Part shown: positions 20,500-30,082 of the stretch, one piece after another
Position numbering within the stretch: position 1 is the stretch's first letter
Layout: every line of letters starts with the position of its first letter
DNA from: Rhodoglobus sp.
GTDB taxonomy: Bacteria > Actinomycetota > Actinomycetes > Actinomycetales > Microbacteriaceae
Length of the DNA stretch: 64,000 nt
Assembly: GCA_044340535.1 (NCBI GenBank)
Contig: JBIITJ010000001.1
Coordinates: 58,188-122,187, forward strand
Direction: 5' to 3'
Notes under the pieces: model-generated
The model's database searches: none
What the model was told of the DNA's origin: nothing
Seen by the model: the letters and a program-made list of their open reading frames with translations, nothing else
Position numbers and translations under genes: made by a program

Positions 20500-20802
20500 T
20501 CAGTCGATCGGGTGGTGGATGGTCACGAGCTTGCGGCCGTCGGGAAACGTCGCCTCGACCTGGATATCGACCAGCATCTCGGGCACCCCAGGCAGGACCT
20601 GCTCGCGGCGCAGGACGCTGCGGCCCGAGGCCATCAGGTCTGCAACGCTGCGTCCCTCGCGCGCCCCCTCGAGCACCCAGGTCGAGATGAGGGCGACGGA
20701 CTCGGGGTAGTTGAGTGGGATGCCGCGGGCGAGCCTGTCGCGGGAGACCATGCCCGCTACGGCGAGGAGAAGTTTCTCGGTTTCCGCGGGCGTGAAATGC
20801 AC
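20500..20802 (-). CDS. ureA: Urease gamma subunit
   Basis: 100 aa from GTG 20802 ([13 protein letters not shown]...), the canonical UreA N-terminus. GAGAGGGG lies upstream. Confidence 0.9.
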   Translation of the reverse strand: MHFTPAETEKLLLAVAGMVSRDRLARGIPLNYPESVALISTWVLEGAREGRSVADLMASGRSVLRREQVLPGVPEMLVDIQVEATFPDGRKLVTIHHPID

Positions 20803-20972
20803 GCTGCCCCTCTCGATACGCCGCTGGTTTACTGACATGACGCCCGATGCGCGCGTCGGTCAACTGATGTCAGGAGTCTGTCACAGCTGATTCATCCCCG
20901 CATCCGGCATATGGACTACTCATCGAAAGATCCGCATAATCACGGGCGTTTCTGCGGTACCGACCTTGACAG

Positions 20973-21010
20973 TTAACAAACTCGATACGTTTCGGAAATG
21001 GCAATGTAAT
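20973..21010. promoter_or_regulatory. Candidate GlnR-type operator in the divergent ureA/urtA control region
   Basis: Four pentamers at 11-nt phasing: TTAAC-n6-GATAC-n6-GAAAT-n6-GTAAT. This resembles the actinobacterial GlnR a/b-site pattern gTnAc-n6-GaAAc. Confidence 0.3.
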
Positions 21011-21234
21011 GCCAGAGCCCCATGGTGAACTCATCTACAGCAGTCGGCAGGGTTCTGACGACGAAGAAGAACTGGGTCGGTCGCCCGAACGACGGCGGCC
21101 CGCTTGGAGCACCACGAGCAACCTGACCGGCGATCGGCGGATCCAACTGGATCTTCCGCGCGGGCGTGGTCGTCAGCGTCGCATTTCGGCGCGCCTACTG
21201 ATCTCGTCCTGGACTCGCACCACATCACATCGAA

Positions 21235-22545
21235 ATGGAGTTCTACATGCTCAACACCAGCAGGGGGCGCGTTAAGTCGCTCCTGGCCACGGGCGCGCTT
21301 GCCGCGACCGCGGCGCTCATCCTCTCCGGTTGCGGTGCCCGCGCGGGTGACGCCGAGGGGTCCGCTGCTCCCGCCGCCGCCAGCTGCATCGATACGTCCG
21401 GCGACACCATCAAGCTCGGCTTCCTCAACTCGCTGACCGGCGGCATGGCGATCTCCGAGAAGACCGTCTCCAACGTGCTGCACATGGCAGCAGACGAGAT
21501 CAATGCCGACGGCGGCATCCTCGGCAAGCAAATCGAATACGTGCAGGAAGACGGCGCGACCGACTGGCCAACCTTCGCGGAGAAGACCGAGAAGCTGCTC
21601 ACCCAGGACTGCGTCGCCGCTATCTTCGGTGGCTGGACCTCCTCCTCGCGCAAGGCCGTCAAGCCGGTCGTCGAGGAGAACAACGGCCTGTTCTTCTACC
21701 CGGTCCAGTACGAGGGCCTCGAGGCATCGCCGAACATCTACTACACCGGCGCGACCACGAACCAGCAGATCCTGCCGGCGATGGACTTCCTCGCCGCAGA
21801 GGGTGTGAAGACGCTCTTCCTGGCGGGCTCGGACTACGTCTTCCCGCGTACTGCGAACGCGATCATCAAGCTGTACGCGGCCGAGCTCGGAATCGAGATC
21901 GTTGGCGAGGAGTACGTGCCCCTGGACAAGGATGATTGGACCACCCAGGTGGCGAAGATCGCAGCGGCCAAGCCCGACTTCATCTTCAACACGATCAACG
22001 GCTCGTCAAACGTGGGCTTCATCAAGGCCTACTACGACGCCGGTCTCTCCCCGGAGACGACCCCGATCATCTCGGTGTCCATCGCCGAGGAGGAGGCGCC
22101 GTCCATGGGCCACGAGGTCACGGGCAACTACGCGTCGTGGAACTACTTCCAGTCGCTCGACACCCCGAACAACGCGAAGTTCATCGAAGACTGGAAGGCC
22201 TACCCCGGCAGCAGCGGCGTGACCTCCGACCCGATGGAGGCTGCGTACATCTCGCTGTACCTGTACAAGGCCCTGGTCGAGAAGGCCGGTTCGTTCGAGG
22301 TTGATGACGTGAACGCCGCCGCCGCGGAGGGGGGCATCTCCTTCGACGCACCGGAGGGCACCGTCACCCTCAACGGCGAGAACCACCACATCTCCAAGCC
22401 GGGTCACATCGGCAGGATCAACGCCGAGAACCAGTTCGACATTGTCTGGTCCTCTGACGGCGTGATCGAGCCCGACCCGTACCTCGACGGATACGACTGG
22501 TTCCCGGCCGACGTGCGCGATGCGCTCGTGGCCTCCGCGGGCTAG
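21235..22545 (+). CDS. urtA: Urea ABC transporter substrate-binding lipoprotein UrtA
   Basis: Lipobox LILSGC and a Leu/Ile/Val-binding-protein-type fold. It heads a urtBCDE-type operon next to urease. An alternative ATG lies at 21247. Confidence 0.8.
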   Translation: MEFYMLNTSRGRVKSLLATGALAATAALILSGCGARAGDAEGSAAPAAASCIDTSGDTIKLGFLNSLTGGMAISEKTVSNVLHMAADEINADGGILGKQIEYVQEDGATDWPTFAEKTEKLLTQDCVAAIFGGWTSSSRKAVKPVVEENNGLFFYPVQYEGLEASPNIYYTGATTNQQILPAMDFLAAEGVKTLFLAGSDYVFPRTANAIIKLYAAELGIEIVGEEYVPLDKDDWTTQVAKIAAAKPDFIFNTINGSSNVGFIKAYYDAGLSPETTPIISVSIAEEEAPSMGHEVTGNYASWNYFQSLDTPNNAKFIEDWKAYPGSSGVTSDPMEAAYISLYLYKALVEKAGSFEVDDVNAAAAEGGISFDAPEGTVTLNGENHHISKPGHIGRINAENQFDIVWSSDGVIEPDPYLDGYDWFPADVRDALVASAG

Positions 22546-22641
22546 TCCCTCCCCACTGGACGCGGGGCTCCGGGTCGGAAACGGCCCGGGGCCCCGCGGA
22601 ACAGAACCGCCTCGACCCCAATGCACAGAGAGGGACCGCCC

Positions 22642-23526
22642 GTGGATGGCCTCATATCCCCGCTGCTGAACGGCACAGCCCAGGGCGCCCTGCTTCTGCT
22701 GGCGGCGCTCGGCCTCTCGCTCACCTTCGGGCAGATGGGGGTGATTAACATGGCGCACGGCGAGTTCCTCATGGCTGGCGCCTTTATCGCCTACCTGACC
22801 CAGCTGGTCATCACCTCCAGCGATATCTCGATCCCGATTGCGCTGCCGCTTGCCTTCCTGGGCGCGGGGCTCCTCGGACTCCTGCTGGAGGTCGGCATCA
22901 TCCAGTGGATGTACCGACGGCCACTGGACACCCTTCTCGTCACCGTCGGGGTGAGCCTGATCCTGCAGCAGGCCGCCCTGCAGATCTTCCCCGCCCAGGG
23001 CGTCCCGGTGGAGAAGCCAGGCTGGCTCGACGGGCAGCTCAATGTCCTCGGCTACGAGTGGCCCTACCGCCAGGTGTTCACCATCGTGCTCGCGCTCGTC
23101 TGTGTCGCCGCCCTGGCCGCCTGGCTCAAGTACACGTCGTTCGGCCGCCGGATCCGCGCAACCGTCCAAAACCGGGACCTTGCGGAGACCAGCGGGATCC
23201 CGACGCGCACGGTCGACCGGATCACCTTCTTCGTCGGGTCCGGGCTGGCCGGCGTCGCCGGTGTGGCGGCGTCCCTGATCGGCGGCACCAACTCCCAGAT
23301 GGGCACGCAGTACATCATCCCGGCGTTCCTCGTCGTCGTCGCCGGAGGCATTGGCCAGATCAAGGGCACGGTCATCGCCGCCTGGGTGGTCGGCGTCGCC
23401 CTGGCCTTCTTCGCCGACTGGACGACCGGGAGCCTCGCACAGGTGCTCGCGTTCGTGCTCGTCGTGATCTTCCTCCAGGTTCGACCGCAGGGCCTGTTCA
23501 CCGTTCGCACGAGGGGTCTGACATGA
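22642..23526 (+). CDS. urtB: Urea ABC transporter permease UrtB
   Basis: HAAT-family permease. The GTG 22642 start (VDGLISPLLNG...) has GAGAGGGA upstream. Confidence 0.8.
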   Translation: MDGLISPLLNGTAQGALLLLAALGLSLTFGQMGVINMAHGEFLMAGAFIAYLTQLVITSSDISIPIALPLAFLGAGLLGLLLEVGIIQWMYRRPLDTLLVTVGVSLILQQAALQIFPAQGVPVEKPGWLDGQLNVLGYEWPYRQVFTIVLALVCVAALAAWLKYTSFGRRIRATVQNRDLAETSGIPTRTVDRITFFVGSGLAGVAGVAASLIGGTNSQMGTQYIIPAFLVVVAGGIGQIKGTVIAAWVVGVALAFFADWTTGSLAQVLAFVLVVIFLQVRPQGLFTVRTRGLT

Positions 23527-24626
23527 CCAGGATCAAACCGTGGTTGCCGCTCATCGGCATCGGGGTGTTCGCCGTGCTCCTGCTGGGCGTCGCCCCCCAG
23601 GTGCTGTCAATGCACTGGATCAGCAACGTCGGCAAGTACTGCTGTTGGGCGATTGCGGCAGTGGGCATCGGCCTCGCGTGGGGACGGGGCGGAATGTTGG
23701 TCCTCGGCCAGGGGGTTTTCTTCGGCCTCGGCGCCTACTCGATGGCGATGCACCTCACGCTCGAGACCGCCGGCCCCGACCGGCTGCCGGTGTTCATGAT
23801 CCTGTACGACCCGCTGGGCGACCTCCCGGCGTTCTGGGAGCCCTTCCGCAGCGACATCTTCACGCTGCTCGCCATCCTCCTGCTTCCGGTGATCGTGGCC
23901 TCGATCCTGGGGTATGCCCTGTTCAAGCGCCGGGTGAAGGGCGCGTATTTCGCGATCCTTACCCAGGCGCTCGCCGTCGCGCTCGCCGTGCTGATCAGTT
24001 CGACGATCCGCGAGACCGGGGGCGACACGGGGCTGAGCGACTTCAAGTACTTCTTCGGGTTTGTCCTGAACGACGACGGGAACAAGATCATGGTCTTCAT
24101 GATCGCGGCCGCACTGCTCATCGTGTGCCTGCTTGCCGTGTGGCAGCTCAACCGCAGCCGCTTCGGTGAGCTGCTCGTCGCAACCCGCGATGCGGAGGAG
24201 CGGGTCCGGTTCCTCGGCTATGACCCCGCCAACGTCAAGCTGGTGGCCTTCGTGGTCGCCGCCGTTATGGCCAGCATCGCGGGTGCCATGTTCGTGCCCA
24301 TCGTCGGCATCATCACCCCGGCCGAGATCGGAGCATCCGCATCCATCCTGATGATCGCCGGGGTTGCCTTGGGTGGGCGTGCTTCGCTCTTCGGGCCGGC
24401 GCTTGGCGCCATGGCGATCGGCTGGGGGCAGTCGAGTCTCGGCTCCAGCTGGCCGAGCGGGTGGATCTACATTCTCGGCCTGCTGTTCATCCTGGTGACC
24501 CTCTTCCTGCCACTCGGGTTGTCGTCGCTGCTCGTCAAGCTCAAGGACCTGGTCTGGCCACGCCGGGGAGCGCCTCCCGCAGCGACCGCCGCCGTGGCAC
24601 CGGCAGCCGACGGGGTGACGAAGTGA
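23523..24626 (+). CDS. urtC: Urea ABC transporter permease UrtC
   Basis: Starts MTRIKPWLPL at ATG 23523 with an ATGA overlap on the urtB stop. HAAT-family permease. Confidence 0.8.
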   Translation: MTRIKPWLPLIGIGVFAVLLLGVAPQVLSMHWISNVGKYCCWAIAAVGIGLAWGRGGMLVLGQGVFFGLGAYSMAMHLTLETAGPDRLPVFMILYDPLGDLPAFWEPFRSDIFTLLAILLLPVIVASILGYALFKRRVKGAYFAILTQALAVALAVLISSTIRETGGDTGLSDFKYFFGFVLNDDGNKIMVFMIAAALLIVCLLAVWQLNRSRFGELLVATRDAEERVRFLGYDPANVKLVAFVVAAVMASIAGAMFVPIVGIITPAEIGASASILMIAGVALGGRASLFGPALGAMAIGWGQSSLGSSWPSGWIYILGLLFILVTLFLPLGLSSLLVKLKDLVWPRRGAPPAATAAVAPAADGVTK

Positions 24627-25399
24627 CCGCCGCCGAGGGTTCGCTCGTCGTCACCGACCTGCGCGTCGAGTTCGACGGCTTCGTTGCTGTCGGCGGAGTC
24701 TCCTTCGACGCCCACCCCGGCGAGGTTCGATTCCTCATCGGTCCCAACGGCGCCGGCAAAACGACGTGCATCGACGCCATCACCGGTCTATCCAAAGGCA
24801 CGGGGTCGGCGATGCTGGGGGCGCAGGAGCTGCTGGGAAAGGCATCCCACAAGATCGTCCGGCTCGGAGTCGGCCGCACCTTCCAGACCGCGAGCGTGTT
24901 CGAAGAGCTGTCGGTGCTGCAGAATCTCGACATCGCGGCCGGCCTGCACCGTTCTTCGCTCTCGCTGCTGCGGGCTCGGCGCGGTGTCGAACCCGCAATC
25001 GAGCAGGCGATGGAGGAGACGGGGCTCAGCCACGAGCGTTCGACCCTCGCCGGCATCCTGTCCCACGGGCAGAAGCAATGGCTGGAGATCGCGATGCTGC
25101 TGGTGCAGGACGCGAAGGTGCTGCTGCTCGATGAGCCCGTGGCAGGCATGAGCCAGGACGAGCGCACTGCAACCGGTGAACTGCTCGGGCGGATCGCCGC
25201 CAAGCGCACCGTCGTCGTCGTCGAGCATGACATGGACTTCATGCGGCAATTCGCGACCAGGGTGACCGTGCTGCACCAGGGCCGGGTGCTCAGCGAGGGC
25301 TCGGTCGCCGAGGTGCAGGCCGACCCGCGCGTGCAGGAGGTGTACCTCGGCACTGCGGGGGCGCCGTCCGCCGCGACTACCACCAAGGAGGCCGACTGA
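24623..25399 (+). CDS. urtD: Urea ABC transporter ATP-binding protein UrtD
   Basis: GTG 24623 (GTGA overlap with the urtC stop). Walker A GPNGAGKTT and signature LSHGQKQWLEI. Confidence 0.8.
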   Translation: MTAAEGSLVVTDLRVEFDGFVAVGGVSFDAHPGEVRFLIGPNGAGKTTCIDAITGLSKGTGSAMLGAQELLGKASHKIVRLGVGRTFQTASVFEELSVLQNLDIAAGLHRSSLSLLRARRGVEPAIEQAMEETGLSHERSTLAGILSHGQKQWLEIAMLLVQDAKVLLLDEPVAGMSQDERTATGELLGRIAAKRTVVVVEHDMDFMRQFATRVTVLHQGRVLSEGSVAEVQADPRVQEVYLGTAGAPSAATTTKEAD

Positions 25400-26085
25400 T
25401 GCTCGAGATCGTGGACATCGATGCAGGCTATGGCCGGACCAGTGTGCTGCAAGGGGTATCCATTCCCGGCTCCGCGAAGCTCGTCGCAGTCCTCGGGCAC
25501 AATGGCGCGGGCAAGACCACGCTATTGCGTGCCACGATCGGGCTCATCCGCCCGACCCGCGGCAAGGTGCTCTTCGACGGCGAGGACGTAACCCACCTGA
25601 CGCCGAGCCGTCGCGTCCAGCGCGGCATGGCCTACGTAGCCCAGGGGCAGCAGTCGTTCGGACAGCTGACGACGATGGAGAACCTCCAGCTGGTCGCCGA
25701 CTCCAGGCGAAACGGCAAGGCGAAAATCGCCGAGATGCTCGAGAGATTCCCGGCGCTTGCCCAGTTCTCCACGCGGAAGGCCGGATTGCTCTCCGGGGGC
25801 CAGCGACAGCAGCTTGCCATCGCCAGGGCACTGATCACCGAGCCGAAATTGCTCATCCTGGACGAGCCGACCGAGGGTATCCAGCCGACGATCGTCGCCG
25901 AGATCGAGGAGACCATAATCGGGCTCGCCGAGGGGGGCCTCAGCGTTCTGTTGGTCGAGCAGCACATCGGTTTCGCCCTGGAGGCCGCGGAGCAGTACGT
26001 CGTTCTGGCCTCAGGGCGGGTGACCCAGGCGGGCGCTGGCGGCGCTGCGGCGCTGGGTGCCGTACGTGAGGCGATGGTGATCTGA
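25399..26085 (+). CDS. urtE: Urea ABC transporter ATP-binding protein UrtE
   Basis: Walker A GHNGAGKTT, signature LSGGQRQQLAIARAL, Walker B LLILDEP. Confidence 0.8.
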   Translation: MLEIVDIDAGYGRTSVLQGVSIPGSAKLVAVLGHNGAGKTTLLRATIGLIRPTRGKVLFDGEDVTHLTPSRRVQRGMAYVAQGQQSFGQLTTMENLQLVADSRRNGKAKIAEMLERFPALAQFSTRKAGLLSGGQRQQLAIARALITEPKLLILDEPTEGIQPTIVAEIEETIIGLAEGGLSVLLVEQHIGFALEAAEQYVVLASGRVTQAGAGGAAALGAVREAMVI

Positions 26086-26170
26086 CCCAGATCGAATCCT
26101 CGCGGCAATGCGCGCGAAACACACCCTCGGCAGAATGCTGACATCGCGGATGCGCTGGAGGTGACGTCGA

Positions 26171-27835
26171 GTGGCTCGAGCCGATGACGCGCGCGCCGCA
26201 GCAGAGGACAGCCTCGAGGACTACGCGTTCCGATACGTGCCGCGGTCGTTCCGGCGCTGGAGCGCCATTTCGATCGGCGGCACCGCGCTGGGGTCGATCG
26301 CGTTCCTTGCCGATTTCTCGATCGGGGCCAGCGTGGGGCTCCAGCACGGCACCCCCAACGCGATCCTTGGGATCCTGCTGGCCTCAGTAATCATCTTCGC
26401 CGTGGGGGTTCCGGTCGCGTTCTACGCCGCGCGCTACAACCTCGACCTCGACCTGATCGCCCGCGGTTCTGGGTTCGGCTACTACGGCTCGATCATCACG
26501 ACCATCATCTTCGCCGGGTTTACCTGCATCTTCTTTGCGCTCGAGGGCGCGATCATGGCGCAGGGCCTTGAGGCCGCCGTCGGACTGCCATTGCCCGCCG
26601 GTTACCTGGTGTCGACTGTCGTCGTCATTCCGATCGTCGTCTTCGGGATGCGGGCGCTGGAGCGTTTGCATTTCTGGACGACGCCACTCTGGCTCGCGCT
26701 GGCGCTGTTGCCGCTGATCTGGATCGTGTTCACGCAGCCCGATACCGTCACGGACTTCCTCGGGTTTCCCGGTGAATCCGGGGGCAAGGTCAGCTTCAGC
26801 GCGATCGTGGCGAGCGCCTCGGTGTGCTTTGCACTGACTCCCCAGTTGGCAGAGCAAATCGACTACATCCGGGTCATGCCCCCGCGGACTGCCGCCAACC
26901 GGACGTCCTGGTGGGCGGCGTTCCTGTTCAGCGGACCGGGCTGGGTCCTGTTCAGCGGTGCGAAGCAGGTGATCGGAGTGTTCCTCGCCGTCTACCTCGT
27001 CACCAAGGTCGATCCCGGAATCGGCAGCAGGGCCGTGGAGCCGGTGAAGCAGTTCCTTGGCATGTACCAGTCGCTGCTTCCCGACTGGATCGCCCTCGGC
27101 CTCGCGCTCATCCTGATTGTTGTCGCGCAGGTGAAGATCAACGTCACGAATGCGTATTCGGGCTCGCTTGCGTGGTCGAACGTCTACACCCGGGTCCGGA
27201 AGCGCTACCCCGGCCGCGCCGTGTTCGTGGCCTTCAACCTGGCGATCGCCCTGGCGCTCATGCTCATGGACGTCTTCAGCCTCATCTCGTTCGTCCTCAG
27301 CCTCTACGCCAATGTTGTAATGGCGTGGCTCGTGACGATCTCGGCCGACATCGCGATCAACAAGTACCTGCTGAAGCTCTCCCCTCGCTTCCCCGAATTC
27401 CGGCGGGGGATGCTTCATAACTGGAACCCCGTCGGGCTGACCTCCGTTGGGCTCTCATCCCTGCTCTCGCTGGCCTGCTTCGCCGGCCTCTTCGGCCCGG
27501 CGATGCAGCCGTTCTCCGTCCTGATCGCGATCGGGGTGGCCATCCTCCTGACGCCGCTCATGGCGATCCTCACGCGCGGCAGGTTCTATCTGCGGCGGCG
27601 CACTGACGGCATCCCGACGCCGATCCTGGATGAGGACGGCAACCCTTCGGGGGAGCGGCTGCGCTGCCACGTCACTGGCTACATGTTCGAGCGACCGGAT
27701 ATGCTGGTGTCTGGCGAGCGGGGGCCCAACGGCGAAGTTCAGTACGTCTCGTCGCTAGCACTGACGCTCGATGACTCCGGCCGATGCCTGCTTCCGCCGG
27801 AACCCGACGTGCCGCTTGGTGCCGGGAGGAAGTAG
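26171..27835 (+). CDS. NCS1 (purine/cytosine permease)-like transporter with a ~100-aa cytosolic C-terminal extension
   Basis: 554 aa, about 12 TMs. The N-terminal region resembles CodB/NCS1 permeases. The family call is from memory and the substrate is unknown. Confidence 0.5.
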   Translation: MARADDARAAAEDSLEDYAFRYVPRSFRRWSAISIGGTALGSIAFLADFSIGASVGLQHGTPNAILGILLASVIIFAVGVPVAFYAARYNLDLDLIARGSGFGYYGSIITTIIFAGFTCIFFALEGAIMAQGLEAAVGLPLPAGYLVSTVVVIPIVVFGMRALERLHFWTTPLWLALALLPLIWIVFTQPDTVTDFLGFPGESGGKVSFSAIVASASVCFALTPQLAEQIDYIRVMPPRTAANRTSWWAAFLFSGPGWVLFSGAKQVIGVFLAVYLVTKVDPGIGSRAVEPVKQFLGMYQSLLPDWIALGLALILIVVAQVKINVTNAYSGSLAWSNVYTRVRKRYPGRAVFVAFNLAIALALMLMDVFSLISFVLSLYANVVMAWLVTISADIAINKYLLKLSPRFPEFRRGMLHNWNPVGLTSVGLSSLLSLACFAGLFGPAMQPFSVLIAIGVAILLTPLMAILTRGRFYLRRRTDGIPTPILDEDGNPSGERLRCHVTGYMFERPDMLVSGERGPNGEVQYVSSLALTLDDSGRCLLPPEPDVPLGAGRK

Positions 27836-27843
27836 GACTCGTG

Positions 27844-28407
27844 ATGGAAGAGCCGGTCGACACTCAGGCCGCGATTCTGGCGAGCGCCGTTGTGCTGCTG
27901 CGGGAGCACACCTTCGAGGACATCTCCTATCTCGATCTCGCCGAGGCCACAGCGGTGTCCGAACGCACCATCTACCGTCGTTTCCCGACCCGATCCCACC
28001 TGCTGGAGGCGCTGGCGAGGTGGATCGAGGCCGAGCGATTCCCGCTCGCCGAGTTCCGCACACCGGGGGAGTTCCGGCAGGCAGTTCGCGACCGCTTCCA
28101 GGCCTACGGGACGGCGCCGGGCTACGCGTTCGTCGCGGCGCGCGGGGCGGCGTTGTCGCCCACGACCGAGGCATCCGCGGCGCCGCTTACCAGCGCCATC
28201 CTCGCAATGCTCGACGAGGCGGCACCAACGCTGAATCGTCGTGACAAACAGCGCATCGCCGCGGCCGCGCGGTACTTTGCTTCCCCGATCTTCTGGGCTC
28301 GGATGCGGGCGGGATTCGACATGAACGCCGACGAGACCTTCGAGGCTTTCGATCGGGCGATCGGCCAGGTCCTCGCGACGGCTCCAGAAGCGAGTTGGGC
28401 GGCATAG
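27844..28407 (+). CDS. TetR family transcriptional regulator (1 of 2 in tandem)
   Basis: N-terminal HTH ISYLDLAEATAVSERTIYRRFPTR. Starts at ATG 27844, or at GTG 27841. Confidence 0.75.
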   Translation: MEEPVDTQAAILASAVVLLREHTFEDISYLDLAEATAVSERTIYRRFPTRSHLLEALARWIEAERFPLAEFRTPGEFRQAVRDRFQAYGTAPGYAFVAARGAALSPTTEASAAPLTSAILAMLDEAAPTLNRRDKQRIAAAARYFASPIFWARMRAGFDMNADETFEAFDRAIGQVLATAPEASWAA

Positions 28408-28988
28408 TGACCGAGGATGGCCCGGCGGCGGACCTCTCCTCGACCCAGGCGGCGATCCTCGCGGCATACTCCGAACTGATCGAGGAGGTCGGCACTGACG
28501 ACGTCTCGTTCCGGCTCATCGCGCTGCGTGCCGGTGTCGGCGAGCGAACCGTCTTCCGGTACTACCCGACGCGCGTCGACCTGCTCCTGGCGACCTCAGC
28601 GTGGATCGAGCAAACGATCTTCAGCAGGCAGGAATCGGAGTCCATCTTCGACGTGCCGATCGCGATCCGCGAGGCGATGGACGCCTACGACCGGCGGCCC
28701 GAACTCGCGCATGTCGTCGCAGAGACCGCGATGCGCGGTGTGAACGGTGCGGAGTCGGCGCCGCACCGGGATCGGTTCGACACCATGTTGCGCGAGGAGG
28801 TGCCTTCGCTGGGCGAGCAGGAGCGACGCCACATCGTGGCGGCGCTGTGCCACCTGGATTCGTCGACGACCTGGGTGACGATGCGTCGCGAGCTGGGTAT
28901 GAACGGCCGGGACATCGCGGATGCCGCGATGTGGACGGCGGAGGCACTGCTCGACCCGATCCGTGACCGGATTACCCGACAGAACTAG
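28407..28988 (+). CDS. TetR family transcriptional regulator (2 of 2 in tandem)
   Basis: HTH VSFRLIALRAGVGERTVFRYYPTR. GTG 28407 shares one nt with the upstream TAG. An alternative ATG lies at 28395. Confidence 0.75.
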   Translation: MTEDGPAADLSSTQAAILAAYSELIEEVGTDDVSFRLIALRAGVGERTVFRYYPTRVDLLLATSAWIEQTIFSRQESESIFDVPIAIREAMDAYDRRPELAHVVAETAMRGVNGAESAPHRDRFDTMLREEVPSLGEQERRHIVAALCHLDSSTTWVTMRRELGMNGRDIADAAMWTAEALLDPIRDRITRQN

Positions 28989-30082
28989 ACCGGGATCCTC
29001 AGTCTCTCCTCGAATCGACCGATTCTCCATACGAGTAGCGCGACCAGCCAGGTAACGACGAGCGTGCCGACGATGGCGTAACCCAGGAAATCGAGGCTCT
29101 CGAACCAGTCGAGGAATGGGCTCGCCCAGCCAAGATTATGGGCGAGCACGGACAACAGTTGGACCGATCCGATCACGAGTGCGATAAACACCGACATCAC
29201 CGTGATCACCACGTTGTAGTAGACCTTGCGCGCCGGGTTCAGGAACGCCCAGCCGTACGCAAAGTTCATCAGTACGCCGTCAAGCGTGTCGAAGAAGCAC
29301 ATGCCAGCGGCAAACAGCAGCGGCAGCGAGAGGACTGCCCACCACGGCAACCCGCCGAGGACGGCAGCGCCCGAGAGCACCAGCAACGTGATCTCGGTCG
29401 CGGTGTCGAAGCCGAGGCCGAACAGCGCGCCGAGCGGGTAGATCTTCCAGGAGGCGTCGATCCGGTTAGCCAGTCGGCCGAAGATGCGGTTCAGTAGTCC
29501 GCGCTTGTTCAGCTCAGCTTCGAAACGTGCCTCGTCGAACTCGCCGGCGCGCATCCGGTGGAACACCTTCACGATCGCGACGGTCACCAGGATGTTGATG
29601 ATCGCGATGATCATCAGGAAGACGCCCGAGACGGTGGGGCCGATGATCCCGGTCACCCGGTGCAGCAGCGAGCCGTCGTCCTGCACCTGGGTGTTGAACG
29701 CTGCAACCCCGAAACCGAGTACGACCGTCATCAGGAAAACGATCGTGGAGTGCCCGAGGGAGAAGTAGAAGCCAACCGCCAGGGGCCTCTTACCGTCAGC
29801 GGCGAGCTTGCGAGTGGTGTTGTCAATGGCTGCGATGTGGTCCACGTCGAAGGCGTGCCGAACGCCGAGCGTGATCGCAAGCAGGCCGGTGGCCCAGCCG
29901 AAAACCCCGGGACCGTCAGCGCCGTGGATCGCGTATTGCCCGGGGACCGCAGCGGCGAGGAGCACAAAACCGGTCGTGAAGAGCGCGACGACGACGCTGC
30001 CCATCAGGATGATCGAACGCCAGCCACCCGCATCGAGGCGGTAGCGGGGCCCGATGGCCGCCGGGGTATCGAGGACGGTCAT
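28985..30082 (-). CDS. NiCoT (HoxN/HupN/NixA) family nickel/cobalt permease
   Basis: Signature HAFDVDHIAAIDN in TM2, LGFDTATE, about 8 TMs. The start is placed at ATG 30082 (MTVLDTP...) with GAGGGGAG upstream. The 75-codon upstream extension of the ORF looks non-coding. Confidence 0.85.
   Translation of the reverse strand: MTVLDTPAAIGPRYRLDAGGWRSIILMGSVVVALFTTGFVLLAAAVPGQYAIHGADGPGVFGWATGLLAITLGVRHAFDVDHIAAIDNTTRKLAADGKRPLAVGFYFSLGHSTIVFLMTVVLGFGVAAFNTQVQDDGSLLHRVTGIIGPTVSGVFLMIIAIINILVTVAIVKVFHRMRAGEFDEARFEAELNKRGLLNRIFGRLANRIDASWKIYPLGALFGLGFDTATEITLLVLSGAAVLGGLPWWAVLSLPLLFAAGMCFFDTLDGVLMNFAYGWAFLNPARKVYYNVVITVMSVFIALVIGSVQLLSVLAHNLGWASPFLDWFESLDFLGYAIVGTLVVTWLVALLVWRIGRFEERLRIPV

Noticed and set aside
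22905-23522. First ~206 codons of the 573-aa ORF 22905..24626
   Set aside because: They overlap urtB out of frame. The real UrtC starts at ATG 23523 with a typical ATGA coupling.
26088-26110. tRNA T-arm-like string AGATCGAATCCTCG after urtE (possible att remnant)
   Set aside because: The flanks cannot form a T stem or acceptor stem. The match is limited to the common TCGAATCC heptamer.
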